Source: Utricularia gibba
Taxonomy: Eukaryota; Plantae; Magnoliophyta
Assembly: GCA_002189035.1 (NCBI GenBank)
Contig: NEEC01000007.1
Coordinates: forward strand, 2,418,001-2,482,000
Length of the DNA: 64,000 nt
Reading direction: 5' to 3'
The notes beneath the pieces were generated by a model. That model was not told where the DNA came from, searched no databases, and was given only the letters and a program-made list of their open reading frames with translations. A program made the position numbers and the translations under genes. Of this stretch, positions 12,229 through 23,940 are shown one piece after another. Each line of letters begins with the position of its first letter. Position 1 is the stretch's first letter.

Positions 12229-13008
12229 GAATGCAGCTAATAAGAGAAGGGTTCTTTCAAACTTGTTTCAAAAAGGAGTCTTATTTGGGGATTGGGTTTA
12301 GGAAAAGGACAGAGGGTTCCGGGTGTGAAGAAGATCTCACCGCTAATTTTGTGTGACAGGGAATCCAATGCTGCGGCCTCGTCTTTCCAACTTGTTCTCT
12401 TCTCCTCCCTTGTCTGTTTCTGAAAGTCCCTCATCCGGTGGGAATCAGATCATGAGCTGACACACGAGGGTCATGCCCACTTCAGCAAGTAATGCGCTAT
12501 TTATTTCATGGGATAAATTAAAAACTCCAAGCAATAACTGCAGGGGCTCATCAACTCTTCCCAATCCCTTCTTCTTCTACAACCAAATGCACGAATGAAT
12601 TGGGGATTTCACCCTTTTTTTCTTTCTTAATTAGGGTTCATGAGTTCCAAAAGAATGCCCGCCAATTTGCAGAGTAAACCCTAGTCACGGCTCAAATGAT
12701 GTCAGCTTGAACTTTATGTCCATCAAGGGGGGCCGCCATACTCGTAGCAGATGAAACTCTGAAAAAAAAAAAAGAATCATGTGTTGATTACGAAGTCAAA
12801 CGGTTGTTGTGTTCGTCCCTGAAATAAAACCCTAGGCCACGACCTACGTCTGCGTGGGGTTTCTATCACTAGGAAGGGCTTTTCAAACATAGAACAGAGA
12901 AAGTAGGAGGAATCTCCATCGAACTCTGGTGAACGCCTAGTAGCTGAAGGCGGAAAGGTGTGACCATCAAAAAGATTAAATTTTTAATTGTAACAATTTG
13001 GGCGTGTG

Positions 13009-13012
<4 letters not shown>

Positions 13013-13053
<41 letters not shown>
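13013..13053. repeat. (TA)n microsatellite
   Basis: About 20 consecutive TA units. Shorter (TA)n arrays occur at about 441-465 and 8385-8402. Confidence 0.95.
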
Positions 13054-13057
<4 letters not shown>

Positions 13058-14136
13058 TGAAATGATTATGTTTAATTTTTAAAAATTCTAACAATTTTAG
13101 AGTATATAATTAATATATATAAATAATTAATCTAATAAATTATCGAATTTTTTAAATCTATATTTAATAATTAATTAAAAATTTTACTATTTGATTTTAA
13201 TATATTATAAAAATATATTTATATAATAATATTAAATTATACTATAATTTAATATATTAAGCTTTAAAATATATATTTATTTTATATTTTATATTATCCC
13301 GTAATACAGTTTTACTAAATTCTATTCACATTCTCTCAAAATTAATTTTATTCTAAATAATCTAAAGCAAAACTTCAAATTACAGAACAATTACTTTATG
13401 ATTGTATAAAATTATTTCAAAAACGGTTTTATTATCAACCATAACTAAAATGAAAAGAAGGTGAGTGTTTCTTGTTTTGGTATACCCGAATTTCTTCATA
13501 ATTTTTCTCATGGGTTTTTAGAAATCCGAGGAACATGGATCGAATCCTATTTACATCGAATTTGCAGCCGTACATCGAGGCACCATCTGCTTTATTTCTT
13601 CTTCAACTGCGGTTAAAAAACAAAAGGGTAATGCCAATGCCATTGCCATTGCCAGTGTGCCCCAATTCCAAAGCCCTTTTGCAGCCTATTTTTATTGTAA
13701 TAAAAAATTATATTAAATATGATGAATTTTTTCGGGTATATATTATAATTTTAATAATTTATAAATAATCCAGGGACTGGATCCGGGTTCCGTTGGGTGT
13801 CCGGGTGATCATGGAATCAATCATTCTCTAGTTCTAGTCTAGAGCTAGAAGATCTCCCTTCCCCTGTTGGTAATCTGGACCACACGATTGGACGATTCTC
13901 CAGCGTTGGATCAAAATCCGCATCCTTTTTTAGTCCATTTCCGCTTTTGCCCTCCCCATCGCTCTTCCGCATAAAAAAGTCACCGCCAGCCAACAAAATC
14001 GCCGACGGAAAGAAAGGAGGAGAAGAGAAAAGGGACTGGCCTTTCTTTCACGCTTTAGATCGCCGCCCACACGCGCCGAGTCTGCATTTCTACAGGCGGT
14101 GCAAAGATCGAAAGGGTATAAATAGGTTTTGAGGAA

Positions 14137-14914
14137 ATGGCGGATGAAGATTTTAGAAGCGTGAAGATGAGTGACGAGGTGTCGGTGAAGAAAAGCGGCG
14201 AGGTTTCATCGGAGGATGATGCGCCGCGAGTGTCAGGTCGGAAGAGGAAGCTTCAGTTGGATTTTTCGACGGAGGAGAGTTGGGTGTCTGCGGCGGAACA
14301 GAGGACGATGTTCCGTAGTTTTGAATACGGAGAGCGGCCAGATCTGGAGGTGAATGTTGGGAATCCAGAGTGATTCGATTGGTTTCAGGAGAATTGATTT
14401 GATATGCGCTAATTGGTTCGATTTTTGAATCCCGTGGGCAGGACGTCGATTCCAGTTCCGGGAACTGGGAATTCGGGGATGAATCGTCTTCCACTTCAGG
14501 CAACGGGTTTTTCAGGTGAAAGAAAATTCAGTTCGCTTCCACTTTCCGTTTCTCTTTCTCCCCGGCCTCTGTATTTGAAAAAATGAACGGCTCGTAGGGA
14601 CTCTGAGGAGGTGGCATCTCCTCCCTATCCGCCGGAGACGCTTCCCCGGCGAAGACCATCGACGCAACTCCACAAAATCCCAGCCCAACCAATCTCCCCC
14701 TCCGCGGCGGATTTGGAAAATTTCTTCACGGCCGCTGAGAATTACGACCACAAACATCGGTTCGCTGAAAAGTAGGTGCCCAGTCTCCTTCCTCCCCCAA
14801 ACCAAGAAACAATTAACTAACACAATCACCCGCGATTTGCGCAGATACAACTACGACATCGTGGCGGATGCGCCACTGGAAGGGAGATACCTCTGGGTTC
14901 GTTTGAAGCCCTGA
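14137..14914 (+). CDS. KRP: Kip-related CDK inhibitor (KRP/ICK), 4 exons (14137-14349, 14442-14515, 14598-14771, 14845-14914), 176 aa
   Basis: GT-AG splicing gives a continuous frame ending PSAADLENFFTAAENYDHKHRFAEKYNYDIVADAPLEGRYLWVRLKP*, the conserved KRP cyclin/CDK-binding C-terminus. TATAAATA lies just upstream; basic GRKRK motif in exon 1. Confidence 0.9.
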
Positions 14915-17357
14915 GTCACGCTCCCGCTCCCGCTCCCACCCAACGGAATCCCAGTAACTTAACTGCAACTCTGGGTCTCCTCCATTCATGATTCCACCGG
15001 AGATACCTCTGTCTTCGCCGGGTCAAGCCTCCAACCAATGGAATGGAATGCCAGTAGTTACTCCTGTAAAGAATCTCTGGGTCTCTCCTCCATCCATGAT
15101 CTGATTTCACCCATGCAACCCGTACAATAACACTTTTTTTTTCACTTAACTGCGTTTTAGGTCTCGACTCTGCACTCTGCAGGTGCTATGCACTGTTTTA
15201 CTTGATTCGCCCTCCAAATTGCTCACCAGCGGATCAGAAATTACAAAATGAATCTCACATCAAGTTTATCCAAATCTAAATAAATTAAATTCAGGCATAA
15301 ACCAGACAAGGGTCATGTGAAGGGAGTAAATGTAGCTACCACCACCACCATATCTACATGTGTTTCATGTGTACCACTTGAGCTCAGACTTGGATTGCAA
15401 ACTCCCCATAATGGAAACCAGTTTTCTTTTTTTGTTCCTAGTGTTGGAATCGAGCATTGAAATTGAAATCCCACATCGTAAAACCAGGGAGTCATTCGGT
15501 CCTTTTTCGATGTGGGATAGTTTTGGGGTGGGCGGTGTTTTTTTCTTCCTTTTTGTGAAAAACAGTGTGTTGGAGGGAGGTGATGGCAAAGTTTTCACAG
15601 GGAGCTGCAATGAGAATCCGGGTGTCAGATGAAAAGGAGAGAAGAAAAAGAGTCGTAGAAAGAAAGCGTCATCATTTTGGGGGTCGGGGGCATCGGAGCA
15701 CCAGGTCCCCCCCCTCGCCCCCATCCCGCAAAGCAAAACACACAAGTACAAGGGGCCTGCGCCACCCAACCCCAACAATCAAGTGCATGTGGGGGCCCGG
15801 CCCCCCTCGCCAACTGCTCCATGAACATGCACCAATCATGCTACCTTCTTCAAAAACATTGTGAAAATTAAAACTTGATATTTGTCAGCTTTAAAAAAAA
15901 TGAAAAATTCTTCTAAATTTAACAAAATTGATTTCAAAACACTTGTCTAGAAACATAAATTATTACAAAGATATTTTTAAACATTAAAAGTCAAGTTTGG
16001 AGCTATTGGATTTTGGGTATGCTCCTGTTCAATCATCTTCTCTACCTAAAAAAAACCTATGACATAAAACTGGAGCCAATTGAGACAAGTAACGTTTGGA
16101 AGTCTCTAGAATCAATTTTATTATTTCTATTTTCCGAACGTATATCAAATTATATTATACGAGAATTAATTTTTAAAAATCACTTCAGTTCTATTCTATT
16201 TGAGTACGATTGCACGGGTTTAATCGAAACTTTAATTTATTGGATCGGATTTAATATGTTTTGTAAAGGATGTCTTCAAGCCTTCCCTCATTGAAATATA
16301 CTAAAATTCACCATTGATTTTCCGCAAAATATTATTATTAGTTTCACCTTATGAATAGTATCACAAACATTCGCTATAGATCAGAATTAGGATATATTGT
16401 GTGGGCTCGTGTGGGCCACGAATATTTTATAGGGCCGTACGGGTTTGGATACACAGCCCAGATGATGAGCTTGCGCCAGGCCCATTAAAAACTATGAGTA
16501 AAAAGATAGATAATTATTAGTGTATTACTACTATATAACAGGTATAGATCTACATAATTATTAACATAAAATAAAATTAAAAAAACAAAAAATGTTAGAA
16601 TGCCCCTGACCCTATGGATTTTGTTCAAATATCTGTACTCAAACTTATTTTTAGTATTTGAAAATATTCTTTAAATTTCACATTTTTAAAAGAAAAAAAA
16701 ATTATAAACATCACATTGGGGATTGTATTAGGATCTTATCCCATAGTTGTCATAATAGTATAATGAATCCCAAAATTAAATCCAATCAATGTTTGAGTTG
16801 AATCATGTGGTTTTTTATGGTAATTCAGTAAATGCATAACAAATATTAAAGTAATAAACAAAAATCGTCTTTACATATAATTGATTATACGTATTTGTTA
16901 AAAAATGGTAACAAAACAAAAAGACGGGTTTTGTAGTGATACAAAAAAACTGAAATTTTCTAATTGAACTTTGAATTGGTATATTTAATTTCTACAATTT
17001 AAGATTGATCAATAAGAATAGTTGTAAATCATACGAACCTAAAAATTGAAATGTGAAGAAATTGTCGAATTGCTATTTTAAATCATATTTCATTTCACAT
17101 TTGAAAATAAATACAAAAATACAAAATATTGTACATCGAACATCGAGTATCAAAATAATAAAAAATGACCGGCAGTCTTTACATGAAACCGTTGTGTATT
17201 ATTTCTGAATTTACTGTTCCTTGTAGGAACATCAACTTTTCTCGGGCAACGTTGTTGGCTCGCGCTTGATTGGGCTTCGGACATTTTTACACATGGGCGA
17301 TGAGGTGCATTCCAGGAACGCTCTCACTTGGAGAGCGCCCAATCAAACTCAAGGGTG

Positions 17358-17651
17358 CACATAGTTTTGTGACCGGTTCAAAACTGATTGGTTTTGGTTC
17401 TGAATCGATTGGTTTCATCAAATCAGTGGTTCATAAACCACGATTTAATCTCAATTGGTTTGGGTTTAGATTCGAAAATGAAATCGCAAACCTTGAACTA
17501 AATTGAATCGAAATTGTATGATTTGGTTTCGATTCGAAAATGAAATCATAGAATTCAGGTTCAGGAAGTGGAGTAAAAAAAAATTTACAATTTTGAACCG
17601 AAATCTAAACTGAAGTATGTTTTCAGTTCAAAAGGATCACAATTCTAGGTG
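17358..17651. mobile_element. Possible decayed MITE / DNA-transposon remnant
   Basis: Loosely inverted ends (cacatagttttgtgacc versus the reverse complement cacctagaattgtgatc). Internal GGTT/AACC-rich sub-repeats, including gattcgaaaatgaaatc twice. No clear TSD. Confidence 0.35.
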
Positions 17652-18245
17652 CGCAGTACACCAAAGGATGGTGTTGGTGATAAGTTACAAATTATTTTAT
17701 ATTAAATAAATATGCTAATTATATATATATATATATAATAATTATGATATTTGATGTTATGGATTAAATATCTATCACATGTGTTGAAAACAAATCTGTG
17801 AATTAGATGAGTTTAGTTAATATCATGATATTCAAATATAATATTATTTTCTTGACATTGTAAACATTTTACTTTTAATTATTTATTATAAAATGTTTTA
17901 ATTATAAAATGAAAAGTTTTGTAAGAGGGAAGACAATTTGTGCGATTTCCTGACTGAGAGTTGTAAATAAAAATAAAATGTGGAATTCAACTCTTTGAAA
18001 AATAATTATGACATGTTTTGGAATTGTAGCAAAAATAGAGTGAAATGGTAATAAATTTGAGGGTGTGATGGGAACCTTTGGGGGTTAGGTTAGTGTGTAT
18101 TTGTGTAATAATCACCGGTTCTTTGTTATTAATTTATGGTGGTTTAATGGCGGCTTCTTCGTGCTTTCGCATCAATCATGATGATGTATATATACAACTT
18201 GCGCCTGTCTTCAGGACTGCATTCGCTGGCTGGCTATCTCTGACC

Positions 18246-19256
18246 ATGGAGATTATGCTGCCGCCGTTGCAGTCGCCGGATATTAACTTCGGGAGCGCCT
18301 GCGGCTCGCCTTACGCCACCGCCCCCTCTAGCCCACACCGCTTCACCGGGAGCTTCTTCTTCAGCGCGCCCACCAGCCCGACACGGGTATCGGCCTTACT
18401 GGACACTTCGTCCAACTACGGGGACGCGGATCAGGACTTGGATGACGGTGGCGTCGACGATTTCGCCTTCGATTTCAGTGGCCAGATTGAGACGCAGTCC
18501 TTGAGCGCCGAGGAGCTCTTCGATGGGGGCAAGATCAGGCCTCTGAAGCCACCGCCGAGGTTGCAGTACAGCGATCGGGACCCGCCGGAGTCTCCCAAAT
18601 CTCCGGTGAGGGCCATCAGGGAGGTATTCTCCCCACGCCAAAGAAAGAACCAGGATTTCGACCCTTTTGCCACGGCGATGGAGCGGACCCGCCGTGAACC
18701 TTTACGGAGCTCCAGAGGAAGAGAAAGAACCAAGAATAAAGCAGGGGCACCATCAGCAACAACGAGATCGCTATCCCCGTTCAGAGTCTCTGATCTCCTT
18801 TCAGACCCGGAACCTCCCAAGTCCCCTTCGAACGGTTCTTCTTCCATGATTTCAAAATCGCCCATTTCCAACGCCTTAGCTTCCTTCTTCAACAAAAAAT
18901 GGAAGATCAAAGACCTCCTGCTCTTCCGCAGCGCCTCCGAAAGCCGGGCCAAGGACGAGGAACAGATGAAGAAACACACCATTCTCAAAAACGCACGCCT
19001 CGATCACGTGAAGACTTCCAGCTTCCATTCCACCAGCGGATCAGTTTCTCCAACCTCCTCATCGAGGAGAAGATCAGCTCACGAGGTCCACTACGCAGCA
19101 AACCGAGCAGTCTCAGAGGAAATGAGAAGGAGAACCTATTTGCCATACAAACAAACACTGTTCGCCTGCTTGGGATCTCATCCATCCGTCCATCAGTTTT
19201 CAGGGCTCAGCACCCATGGTTCCCTTCACAGCAGATCCTCCAACTCCCAAGACTAG
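18246..19256 (+). CDS. DUF1645-family protein, intronless, 336 aa
   Basis: Motifs SAPTSP, DFAFDFSGQ, SAEELFDGGKIRPLKPPPRLQ, KWKIKDLLLFRSASE and SAHEVHYAANRAVSEEMRRRTYLPYKQ are typical of plant DUF1645 proteins. First ATG at 18246. Confidence 0.85.
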   Translation: MEIMLPPLQSPDINFGSACGSPYATAPSSPHRFTGSFFFSAPTSPTRVSALLDTSSNYGDADQDLDDGGVDDFAFDFSGQIETQSLSAEELFDGGKIRPLKPPPRLQYSDRDPPESPKSPVRAIREVFSPRQRKNQDFDPFATAMERTRREPLRSSRGRERTKNKAGAPSATTRSLSPFRVSDLLSDPEPPKSPSNGSSSMISKSPISNALASFFNKKWKIKDLLLFRSASESRAKDEEQMKKHTILKNARLDHVKTSSFHSTSGSVSPTSSSRRRSAHEVHYAANRAVSEEMRRRTYLPYKQTLFACLGSHPSVHQFSGLSTHGSLHSRSSNSQD

Positions 19257-20906
19257 CCCACCCCCCTGTAATCTCCTTCCCCTTATTAAACATATTGTAA
19301 TCATCTGCTGTGTTCTTCATTTCCTCCACCATCACTTCTAATCGGAATCAAGATAAGAAGATGGTTGTTTTGTGACTGTTCCCAATCTGATTCCCATTTG
19401 TCACAATCTGGTTTGGGGATAACGGTCTGCAACAGGCTAAGATGTCTGTCTTTGCTCAGCTCAGCTAGTTAGCGTAAGAATAGCAGCTCAGAATTTAAAG
19501 CCCGCCTTCAATTCACATCTTATGATGCTACGTTCTTAACAGCAGACAGCTCCTACAGCCTAGGCGCGCTGCGCAGCACAGAGATGGATCAGGATCAGGA
19601 TCACCATCCCATCCTCACAGTACTACAAAAACCAGGGTTCCGATCCAGAATTCCATTGCGGGTTTGGTGAAACACAGGAAGGGCGTGGGTGAGAACACAG
19701 AGTGGTGCGTGTTCTTGGGTGTGAACGCATGGGGGGAGGCGGCCCACAGGCGGCCGTCTTGTTTGAAATTGAAGGGAACCCGGTGATGCAACTCGTCAAC
19801 ATGTCTCAGCCTCCTGGTCGCGAATCAGACGCCCATGGGGCTCCATGTACAACAAACTTTCATCCAATACGGAAATTCGTGTCCCTTTAAACAACGTATA
19901 GGATATTAATTTTAGTTGTCCAGAGTGAGACGTGACACGAGAAGTCAATTTACACATCCATGGCGTAAAATAATGCTGTTTTTTTTTAATATTATAATAA
20001 GGAAATTGAAGATAGGCACGGGTGAAGCAGTCATCTTGAAAACTGCCATGTCCGGTCACGTTTAGCAACCGGGATTAATTTATGTTAAATAAAATACATT
20101 AATTAAAATTATTATATTGATTGAGATAATGAATAATACCAATTGTCACAATAAATTGATTGTTGTAAATTTTTGTCAGAAAAAAAAATTGAGTGTCACT
20201 ATGAAATAATCATATTCATGAACCGTTACTTATAACATCATGTCTTGTTTTATGTTTTGATTATCATTTTTAATAGAATAATAACTTATATTTTCATCAC
20301 ATTCAATTTTAACTCCTTATGTCTTTGTAGACTAATTATTTTGAGAACGATGTGTAATTGAATTTTCTATATTTGGTAATTCCACTCAATTTTGAATTAT
20401 TCTAATTACTCATGAGGTTTTATAAGAAAAAATCCCATATTGGGAAATTAAGTAATATGTTCAAATATATAAAATATTATAAATTATTATTAATCGATTG
20501 AATTTAGATTTTTTTAATATGATTTATGTTTTTTATGTTCTTTATGTATACTCATCAAAGTGATATCAAACCGTTTGTTTCACAACACGACTTAAGTGCC
20601 CCAATATGATTTTTATGGATCTCAGAGATGTGAACATAATCGATTGAATCCTCATTTGTGAACAAAATATTGTAAAAAAATAAAATAAAATATTAAATTA
20701 ATTATTTGAAAAATATATTAAATCAGTCACATAATATAACCATGGAGGGCTCCCGAATGGCTCGTGTGATTTAAATTTACTCTTTTTTTTTGAATGCTTG
20801 TTGGAAAATTATTAATATCCTAAATGGACAATAATATGATGTTTTAGTTTCAACTTATAATATAATTAAACAAAGAAATATACACACGTGTGCACAAAAG
20901 TAGTAT

Positions 20907-22612
20907 TTAGTACCCAACAAAGACCGGCGGCGGAGGCGATTTGTAGCTAGCTCCCAACTCCGGTGGGAGTAAGTACGGTGGCGATGGAACCGTTGAAGAG
21001 ATTGACGGCGAAGGAGCAGTTGAAGGCGATGTGGATGGAGAGGGAGACGGTGGCGAAGCTTGTACAGGAGGTGGTGGCGAGTGTACGGGAGGCGGGGGCG
21101 GCGATTGAACGGGAGGCGGTGGGGAGAATATCGGCGGTGGTGGGGGAGATTGCACTGGTGGTGGTGGAGGAGGAGGAGGAGGTGATTGCACTGGGGTGGG
21201 GGTGGAGGGGGTGATTGCACTGGTGGTGGTGGCGGAGGAGGTGATTTTACTGGTGGTGGTGGCGGAGGAGGTGATTGCACCGGCGGCGGAGGTGACATTG
21301 TAGGAGGTGGCGGTGGTGGCGATTTTACTGGGGGCGGCGGTGAATGCACCTCAGGCTGATTTGGCGTTTTTACCGGCGTCGGAGATGACTGCCTCGGCAC
21401 AGGAGGACTAGTAGAAGATGATGAATCACTAGCTGGTGGCGGTGTTCGGTGATTCCCAGAGCCCGATCTCTTTGATGGCTTCTCTGGTTTCTCCCCATCT
21501 TTAGGGGAACCTCCACCCTCCCCTGTCCTGCACGCGTTGCTGCAATCGACTTTCTTCAACTCTGCAGCTCTGCACTCTTTTCCTGACCTCTGGTTTTTCT
21601 CACCGGCGAGACAGTTCATCCGATCGTCCACCGAAACCTCCGGCACAGCGTTCGGATAGCAGGCTTCATCCATGGCATCGAAGTAGTTGTAGGAGAAGGT
21701 GAAATTCATCAAATTTGGCAGAGTGCAAACGCTCTTAGGCACATTGCTCCTGAAGTTGTTCTTCCCAATGTCAATTATCTCCGCAAACTGCATATACTCC
21801 ATTCCTCTCGGCAAATCACCCACGAATTTGTTTCCGCTGATATCGAAAACCGTCGTCGTGTTCAACAGAGTGATTTCCTCCGGCAAGCACCCCGAGAGAG
21901 CGTTATGCGACAGTATTAACTCCTCCATTTTCCCGGCCATCTTTCCGATGCTCTTCGGCAAACAACCCGTCAGCATATTGTGGGAAATCACAAGTACCGA
22001 TGCAGGGGAGTTACCCATGTTTTCCGGGATTCTTGATCGGAACCTATTGCTGTTCAAGAAAATTGCATCGAGCTCCTTCTCGAAGAGCTCCGGCGGCAAC
22101 GGCCCCTCGAAGTCATTGAATCTGAGATCAAGGTACTTGAGAGACGGCAACCTGAGAACATCATCCGGAAACGGGCCTACGAACCGGTTATTGCTGACGT
22201 CCAGCTCGAAAAGCAGAGCAAGCTTCACAATGGTCTTAGGGATCACCCCACAGAATCTATTAGAATTCAAATGCAGAAGGCTGACGTCGATCAGGTCCCC
22301 GATTTCATCAGGGAGGTGCCCGGCGATGTCTCCATGGTTCAAATCGATGCCGGCGACGACCATGATGGATGGATCGTCGAGGGCCTCGGCGCAGTAGACG
22401 CCATTGTAGGAGCAAACGTCAGGGCCAACCCAATTCCCGGTGAAGTTCAGGGGATCTGAATAGACAGCAGATTTCCAGGCCTGAAGGGCTTCATAAGCTT
22501 GTTTCAATCTGGGGTTCTCGAATTTCAAACCGGAGGCTCCTCCATGTGCAAAAACAAGGGTAGAGAACGGAATGCAGAAGAGGAGGGGCAGGATGTAGGA
22601 GTATGGGTTCAT
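20907..22612 (-). CDS. LRX: Leucine-rich repeat extensin (LRX/PEX type) with one apparent frameshift in the extensin tail
   Basis: Signal peptide, plant LRR domain (IDLNHGDIAGHLP...LHLNSNRFCGVIP), Cys-rich linker and SP4-6 repeats. The true C-terminus (…LGASYKSPPPPVFVGY*) is in another frame; adding one base at G4 21193-21196 joins them. Confidence 0.9.
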
Positions 22613-23865
22613 TGTTGCAGGGCTTGTTGCCATGCCAACAGGGTTACGTAAGAGACCCTTGGACAAGCCAAAGCCCGGGGATGGCTACAGAAAAAGGGAA
22701 AACAGAGAGATATATGACAGTGGAGGAGCATGAATGACAACCATTTTTTTATGTGGAAACTTTTCAACACCACAAGCTCCTCAAGGCCATCAGAATTTCT
22801 ATTGGCCAAAGTGCAGGTGTCTCGCCTTGTTAATCGGCTTGCAAGTGCTTAAAATAGACACCCCTTTTTGATGCTTCCCAGCCCAAAAAGAAAAAGAGAA
22901 GCTCTTTGTGAGTCCTGTTGGTACACTCCCCAACTCATTGGAGCTCAACGTGCAATTTCGTTCTCCGTCGGCGTAGAGGCAACCTGCTTCTCTGAACAAG
23001 AACAACATCTCGCAGAAAAAAAAAAAGAAAAAATTAGCGAATGCAAAGAACACCTTTTTTTTTTACGTGGAAACACCACCGGTGCTCCGAACATTACAAC
23101 AACAAGGAGAAAACGAAAACTCGATGAAACCGCGCGTTAATAGATCTAAAAAACTTAATGCAATACCCCATACAGATTTCCGATCTCCGATTCTGAGGAA
23201 ACCGATCAATTTCATGGCGTCTCGCTCTCTCTGCGGCATGCGCATCTCCGATAGACTGTAACTGCTAATTCCCAGTCCCGTAGCTCTCTCCGCCTTTTGG
23301 GCCTTTTAGCGCGATATGGGCCGGTCTGATCCATATAATGATGGTAAAGTATAATTTTATGTTTTATTTGAAAATTCCTCATAATTGTATATACTGAGCA
23401 TTTTAATAATTAAAAAAATAGAGTGAATATCCCCACGTGCCTATTTCCTTATTTGTTCCCTAGACTTTTCTGGGCAATGGGAAGGGACGAATGGTAATGT
23501 TGCAGATTCGGTAATTCCCACGTGCCTAAGCGGATGTTTGGCAGTTGATTTTAAGTTGTTTTAATATTGTAATCATTTTTATATTATTTTTTATTATAAG
23601 CTAAAAATTGACTTTAAATAAAGGTAAGAGATGATTTAGTTTCTCTTTTCTCATTTGAAATTTATTGTTATTAGTATAATTTATTTAATAATGATTAATA
23701 AGTCTTCACACACATCATCTAAAATTTATTTATTGTTTTTATTTTTAGAGTAAAAGAGTGTTTTCATTAATTGATATAATGTTATAAATAGAATACTTAA
23801 AGATAATATTGAGTTTAATTACAAAATACCCTCTAAAAGGTGTAATTTTCATTTCCATCCCGTGT

Positions 23866-23932
23866 ATTCATTCAAACTGCGTTCTATGATATCTACTGCG
23901 TTCATTCATTCAAACTGCGTTCTATGATATCT
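23866..23932. repeat. 29-bp exact direct repeat separated by a 9-bp filler
   Basis: attcattcaaactgcgttctatgatatct at 23866-23894 and 23904-23932; the spacer actgcgttc is itself a piece of the repeat. Confidence 0.95.
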
Positions 23933-23940
23933 TCTGCATA

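Noticed and set aside
15365-15871. Several overlapping 60-137 aa ORFs on both strands
   Set aside because: Products of GC-rich low-complexity sequence; no family motif or codon signal.
17320-17338. GC hairpin cgctctc-acttg-gagagcg as a Helitron 3' end
   Set aside because: No CTRR terminus at the expected distance on either strand.
18078-18245. In-frame extension upstream of the DUF1645 gene
   Set aside because: Starts at a non-ATG codon; homologues begin near MEIMLP.
20907-21320. Repeats that might be mistaken for a CRISPR or spacer array
   Set aside because: They are codon-level SPPPP extensin repeats within a plant gene; there are no cas genes, and no CRISPR array anywhere in the window.
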